Shown here one piece after another: positions 1-10,597 of a stretch of DNA of 60,534 nucleotides. The DNA lies in the IMG/VR virus record IMGVR_UViG_3300048672_000522, positions 1-60,534 of that record, one strand, 5' to 3'. How positions within the stretch are numbered: the stretch's first letter is position 1; each line of letters starts with the position of its first letter. The position numbers and the translations under genes are program-made. This DNA is from a virus (Duplodnaviria; Caudoviricetes). Under the pieces are notes generated by a model. The model was not told the origin of the DNA. It saw nothing but the letters and a program-made list of their open reading frames with translations, and ran no database searches.

Positions 1-43
1 TAAAAAGCAACTATTCAAATAAACCATCAATCTGTTATGCTTC

Positions 44-685
44 TTATTTTAGAGAAGCGAAAAACTCTTGTAACATCTTGAACTTACGTTCCTCGGTTAG
101 ATGAGTCTTCTTGATTTCTTGTTGCATCTTTTCTACAACCTGGCCATTATCTAGTACTAGCCATTGCTGTGATTCATTAACTGCGTCTACAAAACAGTCG
201 ATGCCAGAAGGATCTGCCACAGCATCAATAGCCATAACAACATAGTCATCATTGACGAATGTAGAACCACTGCGCTCAGCCACGGTACCGAGACCGCGAG
301 TAGAAACACCCATCTGAACACCACCATTCAACAGACCCGCAAGAACTTGTCCTTGTGGAGTTTCCAGTACACGGGCTTTACCGTATACATCATTACCATC
401 AAAACGAAGTTCTGTGATCAAATGTGATGCCAGTTCTGGTTTTACTTGTGGTCGACCCTCTGGGTGGCTAATTTCGCCGAGTGCACGTTTTTTCTTCACA
501 TGATTTTCAATATAACCATTTATAGACTTTTCCATCACTGATTTTGGATAGATACGGCCGTTGCGGTTTTTCTTTTCTGCCTGGGCAAAGATTCCTTCAA
601 TGTAAAGGGATTTCTTTCCCGATGCATCGGCTTCCGTCAACAATTGAACATCTGCAAAATCAACCTATTCTCTTAAAAGCAACAT
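44..685 (-). CDS. gp21: Prohead protease (T4 gp21-like); 1 in-frame TAG at codon 7
   Basis: YIEGIFAQAEKKNRNGRIYPK, ALGEISHP, GVSTRGLG and DAVADPS motifs; ATG at 685 reached by reading through TAG. Confidence 0.95.
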
Positions 686-687
686 GA

Positions 688-1116
688 TTAGCTTCCTACT
701 ACTGTTACGTTGTCATATGAGCCAAACTCTGCAGTCTCGACCTTAGACTTATACCCTGCTGCTTTACGCAGAGTGATATATGCAGTGGCGTTTCCTACTA
801 CTGAAATGATTAGATCGGATGCTTCACCAGATGTTTCTGCAAATCCACCATTACCAGAAAAATCAAAAACATTACCATTATCAAATAGAGCAATGACTTG
901 ATTGCCACCACGTGTGATCGTTATTTTAGATGCGCCATTATCACCCTGGACCTACCACTGAATATGGTTGATCCAAACCTTGAACGGGCCAGGAGCAGTC
1001 TGAGATGATGCAAGCAAATCAGTAGCCAGAGTAATAGTCTCGTTAGTAGTACCAGTAAGACCAGAAACTTTTACAACGGAAACAGTTTCTGTATTTTTAA
1101 GAACTGATTTCGCCAT
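688..1116 (-). CDS. Conserved T4-like hypothetical (probable virion) protein, 142 aa, 1 TAG
   Basis: Absent from the ORF track; ATG 1116 to TAA 688 is open if TAG is sense (MAKSVLKNTETVSVVKV...LRKAAGYKSKVETAEFGSYD); fills the gap between neighbours. Confidence 0.8.
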
Positions 1117-1121
1117 TCTGA

Positions 1122-1676
1122 TTAGTCCTTAGCCAGACGATCTGAAACTTCTTCTTCGGATTCTTTATATGTGTGCAATCTATCCTTTGCATTCTTTTCT
1201 CCAGCAGATCTTTTATCTGCTTTAAACCCATATTTTTCAGCTCTGTCAATCATTGCATCTTTATCAGAACGAGATTTAAATTTAACGGTCTGTGATGCCC
1301 TATGTGCATTAGAAGAAAGTTTTGAATTATATTTGCCGTCTTCTCGAGCTTTATTGATATATGACTTTAGAGTATTTTGACTCAACTCATCCAGAGTAGC
1401 AAAATCTTCTGATTCCATGAACTCTTGAATTTCTTCCAGAGTATATTCAGACAGATCAAATTCTTCTGAAATACTGGAATCATCTGCATCTTCTACGATT
1501 TCTTCTTCTGTAGATTCAAAGACCAATTCTGGATTGAATGTGTTGTCAATCACTGCTTGACGATATGATTCAATCCCTTCTTGAATTTTCTCTGTCATGA
1601 GAGAGTCAAAAGTGGCCTGGATAGTAGCACTTTTGCCTGATTGAATTGTATTTACTAGATCGCGTGCTGTTGTCAT
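1122..1676 (-). CDS. Probable prohead core protein (gp67/gp68 position), acidic
   Basis: 184-aa acidic ORF between portal and protease; DELSQNTLKSYINKA segment; assignment from synteny. Confidence 0.6.
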   Translation of the reverse strand: MTTARDLVNTIQSGKSATIQATFDSLMTEKIQEGIESYRQAVIDNTFNPELVFESTEEEIVEDADDSSISEEFDLSEYTLEEIQEFMESEDFATLDELSQNTLKSYINKAREDGKYNSKLSSNAHRASQTVKFKSRSDKDAMIDRAEKYGFKADKRSAGEKNAKDRLHTYKESEEEVSDRLAKD

Positions 1677-1692
1677 GTTTATTCCTTAAAGA

Positions 1693-3222
1693 TTATGCCT
1701 GAGGTGGTTCTTGCATCATTGCTACTGGGTCAACAATATCACCAGATTTTATCTCGGCTTCCATTTGTGTATTTATTTCTTTGATTTCATCATCTGTAAA
1801 TCTGAGTACTTTTCTTTGTATATACTCTTTACTTACATACTTGCCGACAAATGGATCCAATTGCATAGCAGTCTGAAGTCTAGTATTCAATACTTCGTTT
1901 TCCTTCAGCTCAGCAAAGAAGTTATCCTTAGCGTAAGTGACTTTAATCTTCTCTTTGAATTGTTCCCAATCCTTGCTAGAGAAAATACCCTTAGAAATCA
2001 ATTGAATACGAAGTACATCCAAGAAGATATTACTGAATTTGCTTCTCAGTTTGCCAACAAATTTTGCAAATTTTACTTCATCTCTAGAAACAGTATCTGA
2101 TCTACCAATAGAGAAACCACTATCTGGGACGAATCTAGATTTGGGTACATTCAATGAACGATACAACTTGTCCTTGAAATAATCCAAATCATCCAATTGA
2201 CCGAGCCCCTGTCCACCTGGCAGTGTAGTAATTTCTGTGGATTTATCTCCACGGCGTGGCATCCAGAAATCTTCCATCATTGACAGGTGTCTCTTTGAAT
2301 CAGCAAGTTCACCGGTAACAGCATCATATGAGAGTTTGTTCTTGAACTTGTTCATCATATCGCTGACATACTGCTCGGCTTTACCTTTTGGTAGATTACC
2401 TACATCAATATAGAAAACTCTACGTTCTGGTGCGCGAGTATATCTGTAAATGATAACCGCTTCTTCCAACATTTTCAATTGGTTAGCAGGTTTAATGGCT
2501 TTATGCAGGTATGATTGGACTAATCCTGTCTGTGAGTCAATCAATCCAGAATGGCAGTAAACAACAGAGTCCACACTCAGTCTGACACCCTGACTAGTAC
2601 CATCTGCAATACCCTTGTCATTGTACATGTAGTATTCTTGTACTTCCTTGACGATCTCTACACTATTTGCCAATTTCTCTTTGATCACGTTCTTGATTTT
2701 CTTGACCTTACGAGGGTCAATCAATCGCAATTCTTTGATACCATTTGAATGATTTTCATCTAGAAGTATGTGGAAAAAGATCTTCCCATCAACATACCAT
2801 CTTTCAAATAATTCATAACCTTCTTCATTGAAATTCATCAATGTGAGAATTTTTTGGAATTCTTCTGTGACTTTCTTCTTGATTGACTCTGAGATTTTTA
2901 GTTCTTCAAGATTTATTTCTGCTGGCTTGTCATCACCTTCAATAATGATAGCCTCATTAACGATATCTTCAATGGCTTCTGCTACTTCAGGGTATCTAGA
3001 CAATTCTCTATATCTGCGAATAAGATCGATCTCATTCTTAATCTGACCATCTGGATCAAATGCAAGGGTATAAGAATCACCAAGAATACCATTGCCGAAA
3101 TTCTGATTGATAACAATAGAACCGTCTGCTAGGTCTGGAGGGACAACCGATTTAGGAAGTTGTTTCTCTTCCTCAGATCGTTTGATCTAGAACCCGAAAA
3201 AATTGAATAGTGGATTAGCCAT
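1693..3222 (-). CDS. gp20: Portal vertex protein gp20, 509 aa, 1 TAG (FGF*IKR)
   Basis: WYVDG, RAPERRVFYIDVGNLPKGKAEQY, MMEDFWMPRR motifs; start at ATG 3222 with GAGG/AGGA-free AT-rich leader after gp19 hairpin. Confidence 0.96.
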
Positions 3223-3258
3223 TGAGGATATAATTAAAGTTCACAAGTAAGCATATTT

Positions 3259-3280
3259 AATAAGGGCCGAAGCCCTTATT
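3259..3280 (-). terminator. Hairpin/terminator after gp19
   Basis: Perfect inverted repeat aataagggc-cgaa-gcccttatt (UUCG loop on the minus strand) just past the gp19 stop. Confidence 0.75.
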
Positions 3281-3281
3281 T

Positions 3282-3827
3282 TTAAGCTACCGTAGCGCCT
3301 TGTGATGAAGAAGACGTCCAGTAGTTGTATTGGAATGTCACAGGGAAGATTTCAATCTGGTTGTTAGCTTCCCAATCAAGTGCAATTTGACCAACATCCA
3401 TCGGCCATGCATCCTTGAAGGTGTATTCCTTGACTACTTGGTCATTTCTGTCCATTTGCAGAACTTGCATATCCACTTGATACAACAGAGGGTTCTGTGT
3501 GCCGTTTGTAGATTCTGCGTTCTGGATTGTGTCGACCCAAGCTTCAAATGCATTACGTACAGTGAAATCATTGTCGTTGTACACTTCAATGGTCCAAGGC
3601 TGGAATTCACGTTCGCCTGCAAAATGTACTGGGCGACCGCGGAAACTTACCGCCACATCGGTGATTGTAGAAGAAGGCAGTGATGCAGATTTTGCAACGA
3701 ATTGCAATTTCTGACCTGCCAGTGCTGCATTAGGAACAATAGTAGGGAACGTGATCTGAACCATGAATTGGTTAGCACGTGCTCCGCCATTGATCATTTG
3801 AGCTTTAAATTGTGAAATTTGTGCCAT
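3282..3827 (-). CDS. gp19: Tail tube protein gp19
   Basis: GGARANQF, FRGRPVHFAGEREFQPWTI, FPVTFQYNYW; start MAQISQF with AAGGA RBS; no TAG. Confidence 0.96.
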   Translation of the reverse strand: MAQISQFKAQMINGGARANQFMVQITFPTIVPNAALAGQKLQFVAKSASLPSSTITDVAVSFRGRPVHFAGEREFQPWTIEVYNDNDFTVRNAFEAWVDTIQNAESTNGTQNPLLYQVDMQVLQMDRNDQVVKEYTFKDAWPMDVGQIALDWEANNQIEIFPVTFQYNYWTSSSSQGATVA

Positions 3828-3847
3828 GTTTATGTTATCCTTTTCGA

Positions 3848-3855
3848 TATTTATG
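3848..3855 (-). promoter_or_regulatory. T4-type late promoter (CATAAATA) upstream of gp19
   Basis: One mismatch to the TATAAATA late consensus, ~20 nt upstream of the start codon. Confidence 0.6.
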
Positions 3856-3859
3856 ATGG

Positions 3860-3876
3860 AAAGGGACCGAAGTCCC
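3860..3876 (-). terminator. Hairpin/terminator between gp18 and gp19
   Basis: Minus strand gggac-ttcg-gtccc followed by ttt. Confidence 0.7.
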
Positions 3877-3886
3877 AATCTTCATA

Positions 3887-5863
3887 TTAGGCAGTGCCGC
3901 CAATGATTTCATCAAAACTTGCGCCTGTGCGAGTAGCAACGAATGACAGTTGGATGAAGTTGATGGAACGTGATGGCTTCAGGTAAATGTCAGCAACAAA
4001 TCTGTTACCATCAATCACTTCGGCAGTGTTGTTAGTCTCATCACAAACGCACTTGAAGTCGATAATACCGCGGCGACCCTTGACATCACGCAGGAATGGC
4101 TCAACCATGTTACGGAATTGTGCACGAGTGAAACCATCGTTGAATTCAAACAGTTGGTACTTAGCAGCAGTGGCAATAGCCTTTTCCAATGTGATGAACA
4201 GACGACGCACGTTGATACGATCGAATGCGGATGGCTTAGCCAAACCGGTTTTGTCACCATACAGAACGACACCTTGACCTGGGAAAGAAACCACTGGGTT
4301 GACACCATTCAAGTACAGTGTATCGCGGCTAGCTTTGGTTGGGTTGTATGCCAGTTTGATAGCATTCTTCACCTGACCACGGTTAAAACCAGCAGGAGAG
4401 AACCATGGATCATCGGTGTAGTCGGTACGCGCACACAGACCTGCAATATCACCATTCAGTGGTACCCAACGATATGCATCATTGTAGCGGTCGTACTGGT
4501 ACTTGTAACCAGAATCGAACACAACGTAAGAGCTAGAAGGCAGAGAAGTCAGAGATGCACCATCACCATTCTTGTACTTAACAATTGCTTCATCAGCATC
4601 AGCATTAGAGCCAATGATTGGTTCACCGGTGCCAACGTTCTTAGGAGAAACGAATGCCATGCAGTCCTTGCGGACTTCAACGATATTATCGATGATAAAG
4701 CGAGCCATTTCTCTGTCTGCATCACCAGCCATAACCAAACTAACGTCATACTGTTCATCATTAGCGAACAGAGCATATGCATCAATTTTGTCAGCATTGG
4801 TAGAGGCATAATCATCTGCACCACCTGCTAGAGTAGATGTAACGGCTGCAGTCAAGCTCTTATATGCTGCACCATTGACAGCCACGGCCCCCCAGTCAGC
4901 ACCAGTACCAGAAACTGCTGTTGGGTGATCCATCCAGTAAACATATTGTGATGCATTGTTGATAGCATTCTTGATATAAGAAGAAGTACCATCAGATTTC
5001 TTAGCATTCGATGCTTTGGACAGGAAAGCATAAGATTCGATCACTGTACCTGCGGTACCAGTCCACTTGCCATCAGCGTCTACCACCACCACGTGCATTT
5101 CATCATTGCTAGCACCAACGGAAGTAGCAAAGTCGGAAGTTCCTGGCTTGATGCCGAAGACTGCTTTATAAGCCCATGCATCAAATGTAGCAGAGTCTGC
5201 CATCGACACAGTCAAGGAGTTACCCAGTGAACCTGGGTAACGAGCAGCAAATTCTCCAACAACACCTTCACCATTTGCATAAGACATCTGGTATGAATCC
5301 AGATTGTTGATCTTGATACCGCCATCTACTTTAGTAGCAGTAGCAGTAGCGTTGGCACCAGAACCAGTAGAAGCAACAGTTACAGTAGGGGCTGCAGTGT
5401 AGCCAGAACCTGGATTAGTAACAACGATACCTGTGATCACACCACCAGAAATGGTAGCAGTGCCTGTAGCTTGAATACCACCGGTGACCTGTGGAGCAGA
5501 GAATGAAACCGAAGTCTCAGAGGGAATGTAACCAGTTCCGCCGGCACCAACTGTTACAACACCGACTCTACCTGTGAGGGTAGAAACAGAGTTGAATTGA
5601 CCAGCGGTATCGGTACGAACAACGAGAGCCGAGGCGCTATAGCCAAGGAAGTTTGCCACGTTGAACCAGTTTTTGAAGTTTGAGTTGTTTGGTTTACCAA
5701 AGCGCTGAATCAAAACATTTTCGGAATCAATGCTTGTGACATCCATAACTGGACCCCATGCTGCATCGATAACCGCAGCACCAACAGAGCTAGATACTGC
5801 TGGGACGATGTTTGTCAGATCTTTTTCAGTAACAACAACTGATGGTGAAACGGAAATTGCCAT
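3887..5863 (-). CDS. gp18: Tail sheath protein gp18, 658 aa
   Basis: SPSVVVTEKDLT, PWFSPAGFNRG, SAFDRINVRRLF, FVATRTG motifs; no TAG. Confidence 0.97.
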   Translation of the reverse strand: MAISVSPSVVVTEKDLTNIVPAVSSSVGAAVIDAAWGPVMDVTSIDSENVLIQRFGKPNNSNFKNWFNVANFLGYSASALVVRTDTAGQFNSVSTLTGRVGVVTVGAGGTGYIPSETSVSFSAPQVTGGIQATGTATISGGVITGIVVTNPGSGYTAAPTVTVASTGSGANATATATKVDGGIKINNLDSYQMSYANGEGVVGEFAARYPGSLGNSLTVSMADSATFDAWAYKAVFGIKPGTSDFATSVGASNDEMHVVVVDADGKWTGTAGTVIESYAFLSKASNAKKSDGTSSYIKNAINNASQYVYWMDHPTAVSGTGADWGAVAVNGAAYKSLTAAVTSTLAGGADDYASTNADKIDAYALFANDEQYDVSLVMAGDADREMARFIIDNIVEVRKDCMAFVSPKNVGTGEPIIGSNADADEAIVKYKNGDGASLTSLPSSSYVVFDSGYKYQYDRYNDAYRWVPLNGDIAGLCARTDYTDDPWFSPAGFNRGQVKNAIKLAYNPTKASRDTLYLNGVNPVVSFPGQGVVLYGDKTGLAKPSAFDRINVRRLFITLEKAIATAAKYQLFEFNDGFTRAQFRNMVEPFLRDVKGRRGIIDFKCVCDETNNTAEVIDGNRFVADIYLKPSRSINFIQLSFVATRTGASFDEIIGGTA

Positions 5864-5913
5864 CTTATGTTCCTTTGTCAAATTAAAATATTGTAGAACT
5901 TATGTTCACTAGG

Positions 5914-5921
5914 TATTTATA
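5914..5921 (-). promoter_or_regulatory. T4-type late promoter TATAAATA upstream of gp18
   Basis: Exact TATAAATA in the gp17-gp18 intergenic region. Confidence 0.8.
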
Positions 5922-5937
5922 CTTTTGAATTCTTGAA

Positions 5938-7275
5938 TTAGAAGTGAAACGTATCGGCTTCAGATTCTGTCCCATCAGAAAAGAATCCAGCAGGCATCAT
6001 TGCATCTTCTGTTTGTTTCTGCCTCAATTCAATAATTCTTGCTTTCGCCTACTAACTTGTCAATTCTGCCATAATACCCTGTGTAGTTAGGTAAGCGAAC
6101 AGAACAAGGGTCATAACTCTGTCATCATGTCCGTTCTCTGCTTCATATGAAGAACCTTTAAGAGCAAAGTTCTATAGTTCATACAGAATTTCTGAATCGC
6201 GGATAATCAGCTGATCATTCTCAATCAATGTCTTGAGGACAGAACAGCCTACTGATTTTGTTTTCTTTGTAGTTCTCAGGCCTGGTTTCTCTCCACCAAA
6301 TGCAGACATTTCACCTTTACTATCTGACATGATCACTTCTTCGTATTCATAATCATAGTACAGAGAAGATGCTATACTTTCACCGATATCATTCGTTTCT
6401 ACTAACACAGATGCATTATTGTATTTTCTAGCCAGATTCAATATGACACCTGGCAAAAGCAATGGGCTTACTTCATTATCTGCATACACAGCATCCACTT
6501 TATATGGGAGCTATGTGACATTAACAATAGTAAATGCAGAATAATCATTCCCAGTACCTCGAGCAGTATCCACATTCATGACATACTGATTGCCTGGCTT
6601 TGGTTCATCATATACATGAAGGGTGGGAGACACAGCTAGCGGTACTTCTACTGGTATAGCATTTATCTTTGAACCAGAAATCAATGTATTACTAGCACCC
6701 TGGAACTCACAATTCATTTCTTGTGCGAATTTAGATTCACCCAATACTGCTTTTTGGTCGTCTGCCCATTTCTGATCTCTGCCGGGTACATCCTACCAAA
6801 TAGCTTTAGTTAAGTTAAACCCGTTCAATCCCTATTCTGCATCCTTCACAAGTTTATAGAAATGGTTCATCCCGTTAGGTGTACTGATAATTGCAATCTT
6901 AGATTCTTTACCAGAAGAGATCGTCGGATATACAGAAGCAAAGAATTCATCTGCGGTATTATTTGGAACGAACGCGAACTCATCCAATAATAACATAGAG
7001 CAATTGTGACTTATTTCTGTGCCGGTAATATATTGATTGCCATTTGCTACATTAGAAAGATCATAAACCGTTTGTGTCTTTGAAATAGAATGTGGCAGCT
7101 CTCGTGCTTCTATCCATTTGCCATTTCTCATTACTCTATGATCTGGTGTACAGACAAGACCAGAATCAAGTTCTATAGTTTCTCTATCTTTTGTGATTAC
7201 AATGCCTGAGAAATCTTGCCAACCCTATGGAGTCAAGATTTCCCACTCACTAACATCAATTAGTTCTTGATTCAT
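5938..7275 (-). CDS. gp17: Large terminase C-terminal half, preceded by C-intein (91 aa, 7003-7275)
   Basis: MNQELIDVSEWEILTP*GWQDF...CTPDH...VYDL...SHN|C, then LLLDEFAFVP (Walker B), STPNGMNHFY, VDTARG and GHDD; several TAGs; ends at TAA. Confidence 0.93.
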
Positions 7276-8248
7276 TAAATTTCTTCTTTCTTCCATTCGG
7301 ATTACCATGTAACCACCCAGTTGGTTGTTGATCAGGGAAACACTGAACAATCTCCGCAATGTTCAGCGGGTTGTGATATATCTTTTTGCCCGCATTAGAA
7401 GCACCACCGATCTATTTGAGATATTCTTTTCTTTTCTCGCTCATCAATTTTTTCTATTCTTCAGATCTTTTTGAACCTAGATGTTTTTCGACAGACTTTC
7501 GAATCTTGTCTGGGTTTTTGTTGATTTTATCTGAGTGTTCCTTAGACTTTTTGACACCAGTTGTGTATTCTTTTCTTCTAAGAGAATCTTTTAATTGGAG
7601 ATATTCTGGTGGCCAATATAATGTACTATCCTTTTCTTTGAATTTTCTTCCTATTTGCCAGTTCTCATGTAGTATCGGAGCTATCTAATAATGCACTTTA
7701 CATATTTCTCCAGTTATAACATGATATACTGGTATCAATTCTTTGCCAGCACACTATTCAATTATAGATTTACTTCCTTTTTCTATCTATTCTTTGCTTC
7801 TTTTTGTGCCCTTTAGTCTACCTCTATTAGCTTTGCTAATCTTTTCTCTAACTTCGGGTCTTTTCTATGGATTTAATTCACCCTTAGAAGCATCTGTATT
7901 TGCTTGTCTGGCTTCAGAACAAAGAACGGCATATTCTTCTAATTGATTTTCAGTCAGTGTCTATAGTCTTTTTCTTCTTGTTTTGTTTACTTGATTAAAC
8001 TATGAAAGTGAAAAGCATATATTTCTATACTGAACTTTATCTCTATCTTTGTACTCTTTAAATGCTTTGTACAGAAACCAATGAGCTTTGAAATGATCTA
8101 GAACAGAGATTTTCTTAGTTATGTCATTTGGACCAAATATACACTTTGGATATATGTGGTGGTTCTCTCCTATTTCTACTATCTCAGAGGTCTCAATATG
8201 ATTGAAATATTTTTCTAACCATATATTATGAAAATTGAATTTGTACAT
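7256..8248 (-). mobile_element. Free-standing HNH-type homing endonuclease with NUMOD3-like repeats, 330 aa, 8 TAGs
   Basis: ENHHIYPKCIFG...DHFKAHWFL motif; GELNP*KRPEVREKISKANRG and GSKRSEE*KKLMS repeats; overlaps both terminase halves. Confidence 0.85.
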
Positions 8249-8882
8249 TTATATCTTCCTCATCACTAGATGAATTTGCATTCTGTCTATTTAATGATGA
8301 GAATTTTTCTATTGACAATTTCTTCACTTCCCCCGTTATTTTATTTCGCACAGTTATTTCGGTGTCACCGGCGACACAAGTAAAACCCCGAATTGCACTA
8401 GATGATGTAGAAGAAGCAAGAACTCTAGATCCATTTTCCAGAACGAAAGAACCTTTATTCCATTCCACTACACCTTGCTGGATCCACTTAGGTAATAATT
8501 CATATGCAAACTGTACACGTGAAAGAATTTCTCTTGCTGTAGAAGCTTTGTTAGCTAGAATTGCGGTTGTTTTGTGATCATTAAAAAGAATATACCAGCA
8601 CACGAATGCCGCGACAACCGTAGTTTTTCCAGCCTGGCGACAGATTACAGCTGCAGTCTTCCTGTTCTGCCATAGAGAATAAACAATATCTTCTTGATAT
8701 TTGAATAATTTCATAGGCTGTACACCATGGTCTACAGTAACAATTTTTACATAATTCTGGATAAAATAGATTGGATCATATTTGCACTTGATCCATTCTC
8801 CAATATTATTTTCTGACCATTGGATTTCAACTCCTGCCGCCTTTAGCTGAGGATTACCATTGTATGAATGTGGTTTCTACAT
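8226..8882 (-). CDS. gp17: Large terminase N-terminal half fused to N-intein (50 aa, 8229-8378)
   Basis: M*KPHSYNGNPQLK, DPIYFIQNYVKI, CRQAGKTT (Walker A), SSSAIRGFT|CVAGDTEITVR; ends at TAA. Confidence 0.93.
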
Positions 8883-9595
8883 TAATTAATACTCCAATCA
8901 TCAACGATCAATTCACCGGTAGAAGGATTTACTTGCTAAACATGAGTAGAACCCATAGGATCTGGAAGATTGGTCTCAGTGCGATAAATGACACCATTAC
9001 CTCTAACCGGTCCGACTAATTTCACCTTAGCAGTAAAATCAAATACATGAGTCACGAGACGTCTTGTGCTGAAATCACCTTCATAATCATCTTGAACAGA
9101 AACACCATTCAGAATAATCGGGACATCAACTGCAAGATTCATTTCTGGCAATGTGTTAACGGTCAATGTATATTCAGGGGTGAATAGAGGTAGAATCTGC
9201 TCAACAATCGCAAGACCGTCTTCAGTACCCTTAGTCAATGCATATAACTGTATAGTGAGATCATATGGGACAGGGGTGTATACAAATGTTGTACCATCTG
9301 CCTTAGCACAAGAAATTTTGTTATTACGGTTAGTCATTTCAGCTGAATTGAAATTGTATCCTGTAATTTCAAACCCAAGTCTTGGAAGTGCGACAAACAC
9401 TCCAGCCGTCAATTCAGGATCTGCATCAAGCCGAGTAATAAACTTTTCTTTTGGCCCATACGCAATTGGTACTTTAACCACTTCTACAGTAGTGCCAGCA
9501 TTGCGTCTAATTACTTGGACATTAGAAAAAAGTGCACCGAACCCGATGATTACTTTCTTGATTGTTTCTGGATAGAATGCTTGGTCAAACATCAT
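8882..9595 (-). CDS. gp15: Tail sheath stabilizer/completion protein gp15
   Basis: KVPIAYGPKEKF, LPRLGFE, EQILPLFTP, YEGDF; reads through TAG 8936 to a TAA overlapping the gp17 ATG. Confidence 0.93.
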
Positions 9596-10233
9596 AAATC
9601 TCCAAACGGGTTGTTAGTATCTAAGATGAATTGAGAAGCTTTTGATTTAAGCTTTGTGTTATCACCAAATGATTGTGGAGTTTCTACATTGGCAGTTCCT
9701 GTTGTAGCTAGATCATTGAATGCATCAATAGAGGCTACACCTGTCTCTAGTTTCTCACTCGAGTAACGGAATTTCTCAACTGTGAGTTTGTAGACATATA
9801 ATTGCCCGAGTTGATAGAATGGATTTGAATGTTGCACGAACATAATTTCAAGAAGCGCTTTTGTCCTTGGATAATAGATCAGATCACCTTCCGCTGGGCG
9901 ATTCGGTAATATCGTTTGCCCATACTGACCAACAGTCTGATCCCAAGTTCTTCTTGCCACAGTCAGTGTAGCTTGTTGGTCCATCTGAAGACCAAACTTG
10001 GACATCATTGCCCCCTGACCTTCAAATCCGTCAATAGATTCTAGGTACATCACAACTGGATATGAATTCTTGAACTTACTCAGTCTGTCTTCTCCAAGAA
10101 CTTCATCCTTAGCAACAAATGTTCTTGGTATGTACATGAAATCATCACCATGCATTTCAACTGCTTCTGTGATGAGACTTTCATATAGAAGATTCTCTGA
10201 TGTGTAGGCAGAATTTAAGAGTCTTAACGTCAT
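9592..10233 (-). CDS. gp14: Neck protein gp14
   Basis: YIPRT, LGED, GFEGQG, SKFGL, RPAEGDLIY, PFYQLG, NPFG. Confidence 0.93.
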   Translation of the reverse strand: MTLRLLNSAYTSENLLYESLITEAVEMHGDDFMYIPRTFVAKDEVLGEDRLSKFKNSYPVVMYLESIDGFEGQGAMMSKFGLQMDQQATLTVARRTWDQTVGQYGQTILPNRPAEGDLIYYPRTKALLEIMFVQHSNPFYQLGQLYVYKLTVEKFRYSSEKLETGVASIDAFNDLATTGTANVETPQSFGDNTKLKSKASQFILDTNNPFGDL

Positions 10234-10595
10234 TGTATTACCCACCCTCTAGTGGAATCCGTGTATGTAAATTTCAGTGAGACATTCTTAGAGTTGATAG
10301 TAAAATCCTCTAGCAGAGACATGATCCTCTATCCATTTCTGAGTACAATAGGAGTTATTGTACCGCTTGCATTCACTATGATAACCCAGTCACCTGCTGA
10401 AGGTGTCGCTGGCAATGTTATATTTACAGCCGCGCTTAGAACATATGTGATTGATCTAACTGCCGAAGTATTAGTTGATACAACTTGGATTCCATCTGTT
10501 ATGACTGGGGTAATGAGTGTCTTGTTAGTTAGAGTTTCTGTACCAGCAAGCGTGACGGAAGTTTGTGTCCCGAGAATAGATGAAAATGTAGCCAT
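10230..10595 (-). CDS. Small tail-fibre-associated protein, 121 aa
   Basis: TLPATPSAGD...RNG*RIMSLLED...FTYTDSTRGW; TGA stop overlaps the gp14 ATG. Confidence 0.75.
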
Positions 10596-10597
10596 CG

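Noticed and set aside
7256-8248. Group I intron in terL carrying the HNH
   Set aside because: The HNH ORF overlaps both flanking coding regions, leaving no non-coding space for a ribozyme core, and the intein motifs explain the junctions
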